Assembly (NCBI GenBank): GCA_964016885.1
Contig: OZ024741.1
Coordinates: 404,922,001 to 404,986,000, forward strand
Direction of reading: 5' to 3'
Origin: Eledone cirrhosa
Lineage: Eukaryota
DNA: 64,000 nt
Part shown: positions 58,301-64,000 of the stretch, in pieces
Position numbering within the stretch: position 1 is the first letter of the stretch
How the letters are laid out: each line of letters begins with the position of its first letter
Notes under the pieces: model-generated
Databases searched by the model: none
What the model was told of the DNA's origin: nothing
The model's input: the letters and a program-made list of their open reading frames with translations, nothing else
Made by a program: the position numbers and the translations under genes

Positions 58301-61300
58301 ATTTTATAATTAATTTTTACAGCTTTTCACAACTATTTTATAATTAATTGTGACAAACTTCACAACTATTTTATAATGAATTGTGACAACCTTCACAACT
58401 ATTTTATAATTAATTTTTACAGCTTTTCACAACTATTTTATAATTAATTGTGACAAACTTCACAACTATTTTATAATTAATTGTGACAACCTTCACAATT
58501 ATTTTATAATTAATTGTGACAACATTCACAACTATTTTATAATTAATTTTTACAGATTTTTACAACTATTTTATAATTAATTGTGACAACCTTCACAACT
58601 ATTTTATAATTAATTGTGACAACCTTCACAACTATTTTATAATTAATTATGACAACCTTCACAACTATTTTATAATTAATTTTTAAAGATTTTCACAACT
58701 ATTTTATAATTAATTGTGACAACCTTCACAACTATTTTATAATTAATTGTGACAACCTTCACAACTATTTTATAATTAATTTTTAAAGATTTTCACAACT
58801 ATTTTATAATTAATTGTGACAACCTTCACAACTATTTTATAATGAATTGTGACAACCTTCACAACTATTTTATAATGAATTGTGACAACCTTCACAACTA
58901 TTTTATAATTAATTTTTACAGCTTTTCACAACTATTTTATAATTAATTGTGACAACCTTCACAACTATTTTATAATGAATTGTGACAACCTTCACAACTA
59001 TTTTATAATTAATTTTTTCAGCTTTTCACAACTATTTTATAATTAATTGTGACAAACTTCACAACTATTTCATAATTAATTGTGACAACCTTCACAATTA
59101 TTTTATAATTAATTGTGACAACATTCACAACTATTTTATAATTAATTTTTACAGATTTTTACAACAATTTTATAATTAATTGTGACAACCTTCACAACTA
59201 TTTTATAATTAATTGTGACAACCTTCACAACTATTTTATAATGAATTGTGACAACCTTCACAACTATTTTATAATTAATTTTTACAGCTTTTCACAATTA
59301 TTTTATAATTAATTGTGACAACCTTCACAACTATTTTATAATTAATTTTTACAGATTTTCACAACTATTTTATAATTAATTGTGACAACCTTCACAACTA
59401 TTTTATAATTAATTGTGACAACCTTCACAATTTTTTTATAATTAATTTTTACAGCTTTTCACAACTGTTTTATAGTTAATTGTGACAACCTTCACAACTA
59501 TTTTATAATTAATCTTTACAACTTTCCACAACTATTTTATAATGAATTGTGACAACCTTCACAACTATTTTATAATTAATTTTTACAGCTTTTCACAACT
59601 ATTTTATAATTAATTGTGACAACCTCCACAACTATTTTATAATTAATTTTTTCAGCTTTTCACAACTATTTTATAATGAATTGTGACAACCTTCACAACT
59701 ATTTTATAATGAATTGTGACAACCTTCACAACTATTTTATAATTAATTGTGACAACCTTCACAACTATTTTATAATGAATTGTGACAACCTTCACAACTA
59801 TTTTGTAATGAATTGTGACAACCTTCACAACTATTTTATAATTAATTGTGACAACCTTCACAACTATTTTATAATTAATTGTGACAACATTCACAACTAT
59901 TTTATAATTAATTTTTACAGATTGTCACAACTATTTTATAATTAATTGTGACAACCTTCACAACTATTTTATAATTAATTGGGACAATCTTCACAACTAT
60001 TTTATAATTAATTTTTAAAGATTTTCACAACTATTTTATAATTATTTGTGACAACCTTCACAACTATTTTATAATGAATTGTGACAACCTTCACAACTAT
60101 TTTATAATTAATTTTTACAGCTTTTCACAACTATTTTATAATTAATTGTGACAACCTTCACAACTATTTTATAATTAATTTTTACAGATTTTCATAACTA
60201 TTTTATAATTAATTGTGACAACCTTCACAACTATTTTATAATTAATTGTGACAAACTTCACAACTATTTTATAATTAATTTTTACAGCTTTTCACATCTG
60301 TTTCATAATTAATTGTGACAACATTCACAACTATTTTATAATTAATTTTTACAGCTTTTCACAACTATTTTATAATGAATTGTGACAACCTTCACAACTA
60401 TTTTATAATTAATTTTTACAGCTTTTCACAACTATTTTATAATTAATTGTGACAACCTTCACAACTATTTTATAATTAATTTTTTCAGCTTTTCACAACT
60501 ATTTTATAATGAACTGTGACAACCTTCACAACTATTTCATAATGAATTGTGACAACCTTCACAACTATTTTATAATGAATTGTGACAACCTTCACAACTA
60601 TTTTATAATTAATTTTTACAGCTATTCGCAACTATTTTATAATTAATTGTGACAAAATTCACAACTATTTTATAATTAATTGTGACAACCTTCACAACTA
60701 TTTTATAATTAATTGTGACAACCTTCACAACTATTTTATAATTAATTTTTACAGCTTTTCACAACTGTTTTATAATTAATTGTGACAACCTTCACAACTA
60801 TTTTATAATTAATTTTTACAGCTTTTCACAACTATTTTATAATGAATTGTGACAACCTTCACAACTATTTTATAATTAATTTTTACAGATTTTCACAACT
60901 ATTTTATAATTAATTGTGACAACCTTCACAACTATTTTATAATTAATTTTTTCAGCTTTTCACAACTATTTTATAATGAACTGTGACAACCTTCATAACT
61001 ATTTTATAATGAATTGTGACAACCTTCACAACTATTTTATAATGAATTGTGACAACCTTCACAACTATTTTATAATTAATTTTTACAGCTTTTCACAACT
61101 ATTTTATAATTAATTGTGACAAACTTCACAACTATTTTATAATGAATTGTGACAACCTTCACAACTATTTTATAATTAATTTTTACAGCTTTTCACAACT
61201 ATTTTATAATTAATTGTGACAAACTTCACAACTATTTTATAATTAATTGTGACAACCTTCACAATTATTTTATAATTAATTGTGACAACATTCACAACTA

Positions 61301-64000
61301 TTTTATAATTAATTTTTACAGATTTTTACAACTATTTTATAATTAATTGTGACAACCTTCACAACTATTTTATAATTAATTGTGACAACCTTCACAACTA
61401 TTTTATAATTAATTTTTTACAGATTTTCACAACTATTTTATAATTAATTGTGACAACCTTCACAACTATTTTATAATTAATTGTGACAACATTCACAACT
61501 ATTTTATAATTAATTTTTAAAGATTTTCACAACTATTTTATAATTAATTGTGACAACCTTCACAACTATTTTATAATGAATTGTGACAACCTTCACAACT
61601 ATTTTATAATGAATTGTGACAACCTTCACAACTATTTTATAATTAATTTTTACAGCTTTTCACAACTATTTTATAATTAATTGTGACAACCTTCACAACT
61701 ATTTTATAATGAATTGTGACAACCTTCACAACTATTTTATAATTAATTTTTTCAGCTTTTCACAACTATTTTATAATTAATTGTGACAAACTTCACAACT
61801 ATTTTATAATTAATTGTGACAACCTTCACAATTATTTTATAATTAATTGTGACAACATTCACAACTATTTTATAATTAATTTTTACAGATTTTTACAACT
61901 ATTTTATAATTAATTGTGACAACCTTCACAACTATTTTATAATTAATTGTGACAACCTTCACAACTATTTTATAATGAATTGTGACAACCTTCACAACTA
62001 TTTTATAATTAATTTTTACAGCTTTTCACAATTATTTTATAATTAATTGTGACAACCTTCACAACTATTTTATAATTAATTTTTACAGATTTTCACAACT
62101 ATTTTATAATTAATTGTGACAACCTTCACAACTATTTTATAATTAATTGTGACAACCTTCACAACTATTTTATAATTAATTTTTACAGCTTTTCACAACT
62201 GTTTTATAGTTAATTGTGACAACCTTCACAACTATTTTATAATTAATCTTTACAACTTTCCACAACTATTTTATAATGAATTGTGACAACCTTCACAACT
62301 ATTTTATAATTAATTTTTACAGCTTTTCACAACTATTTTATAATTAATTGTGACAACCTTCACAACTATTTTATAATTAATTTTTTCAGCTTTTCACAAC
62401 TATTTTATAATGAATTGTGACAACCTTCACAACTATTTTATAATGAATTGTGACAACCTTCACAACTATTTTATAATTAATTGTGACAACCTTCACAACT
62501 ATTTTATAATGAATTGTGACAACCTTCACAACTATTTTGTAATGAATTGTGACAACCTTCACAACTATTTTATAATTAATTGTGACAACCTTCACAACTA
62601 TTTTATAATTAATTGTGACAACATTCACAACTATTTTATAATTAATTTTTACAGATTGTCACAACTATTTTATAATTAATTGTGACAACCTTCACAACTA
62701 TTTTATAATTAATTGGGACAATCTTCACAACTATTTTATAATTAATTTTTAAAGATTTTCACAACTATTTTATAATTATTTGTGACAACCTTCACAACTA
62801 TTTTATAATGAATTGTGACAACCTTCACAACTATTTTATAATTAATTTTTACAGCTTTTCACAACTATTTTATAATTAATTGTGACAACCTTCACAACTA
62901 TTTTATAATTAATTTTTACAGATTTTCATAACTATTTTATAATTAATTGTGACAACCTTCACAACTATTTTATAATTAATTGTGACAACCTTCACAACTA
63001 TTTTATAATTAATTTTTACAGCTTTTCACAACTGTTTCATAATTAATTGTGACAACATTCACAACTATTTTATAATTAATTTTTACAGCTTTTCACAACT
63101 ATTTTATAATGAATTGTGACAACCTTCACAACTATTTTATAATTAATTTTTACAGCTTTTCACAACTATTTTATAATTAATTGTGACAACCTTCACAACT
63201 ATTTTATAATTAATTTTTTCAGCTTTTCACAACTATTTTATAATGAACTGTGACAACCTTCACAACTATTTCATAATGAATTGTGACAACCTTCACAACT
63301 ATTTTATAATGAATTGTGACAACCTTCACAACTATTTTATAATTAATTTTTACAGCTATTCGCAACTATTTTATAATTAATTGTGACAAAATTCACAACT
63401 ATTTTATAATTAATTGTGACAACCTTCACAACTATTTTATAATTAATTGTGACAACCTTCACAACTATTTTATAATTAATTTTTACAGCTTTTCACAACT
63501 GTTTTATAATTAATTGTGACAACCTTCACAACTATTTTATAATTAATTTTTACAGCTTTTCACAACTATTTTATAATGAATTGTGACAACCTTCACAACT
63601 ATTTTATAATTAATTTTTACAGATTTTCACAACTATTTTATAATTAATTGTGACAACCTTCACAACTATTTTATAATTAATTTTTTCAGCTTTTCACAAC
63701 TATTTTATAATGAACTGTGACAACCTTCATAACTATTTTATAATGAATTGTGACAACCTTCACAACTATTTTATAATGAATTGTGACAACCTTCACAACT
63801 ATTTTATAATTAATTTTTACAGCTTTTCACAACTATTTTATAATTAATTGTGACAAACTTCACAACTATTTTATAATGAATTGTGACAACCTTCACAACT
63901 ATTTTATAATTAATTTTTACAGCTTTTCACAACTATTTTATAATTAATTGTGACAAACTTCACAACTATTTTATAATTAATTGTGACAACCTTCACAATT

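Larger units (their letters stand above)
42363..64000. repeat. 33/34-bp AT-rich satellite array, ~600 monomers; continues off the right edge
   Basis: Type A is ATkAATTGTGACAACCTTCACAACTATTTTATA (33 nt). Type B is ATTAATTTTTACAGCTTTTCACAACTATTTTATA (34 nt). Interrupted at 42775-43860 and 55217-55393. Confidence 0.99.

Noticed and set aside
42356-62679. NCDNLHNYFI / YKIVVKVVTI repeat-protein ORFs
   Set aside because: They come from runs of 33-bp monomers and are broken by every 34-bp monomer.

Overview
Repeat-dominated eukaryotic DNA with no credible intact protein-coding gene. The SINE families resemble those of octopus or other cephalopod molluscs; this is my inference from pattern recognition, not a search. 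The window has three blocks. (1) 1-30296: a 91-bp satellite array (~330 monomers) with nested multi-monomer duplications. (2) ~30300-42360: a 12-kb island of decayed transposons, including many tRNA-derived SINEs, two RTE-LINE 3' ends (one 5'-inverted inside a SINE), a Chapaev3-like DNA transposon remnant, three CRE-like RLE fragments, a Penelope-type hammerhead ribozyme motif, a 149-bp near-perfect inverted repeat built on a tRNA-like head, and microsatellites. (3) ~42363-64000: a 33/34-bp two-variant satellite with ~2.6-2.7 kb higher-order repeats, interrupted by a clean non-autonomous Helitron (42775-43860) and a young SINE with a 17-bp TSD (55217-55393). I see no clear new multi-gene system. 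The best leads are the hammerhead with an expanded stem II, the tRNA-headed foldback, and a motif shared between the two satellites.
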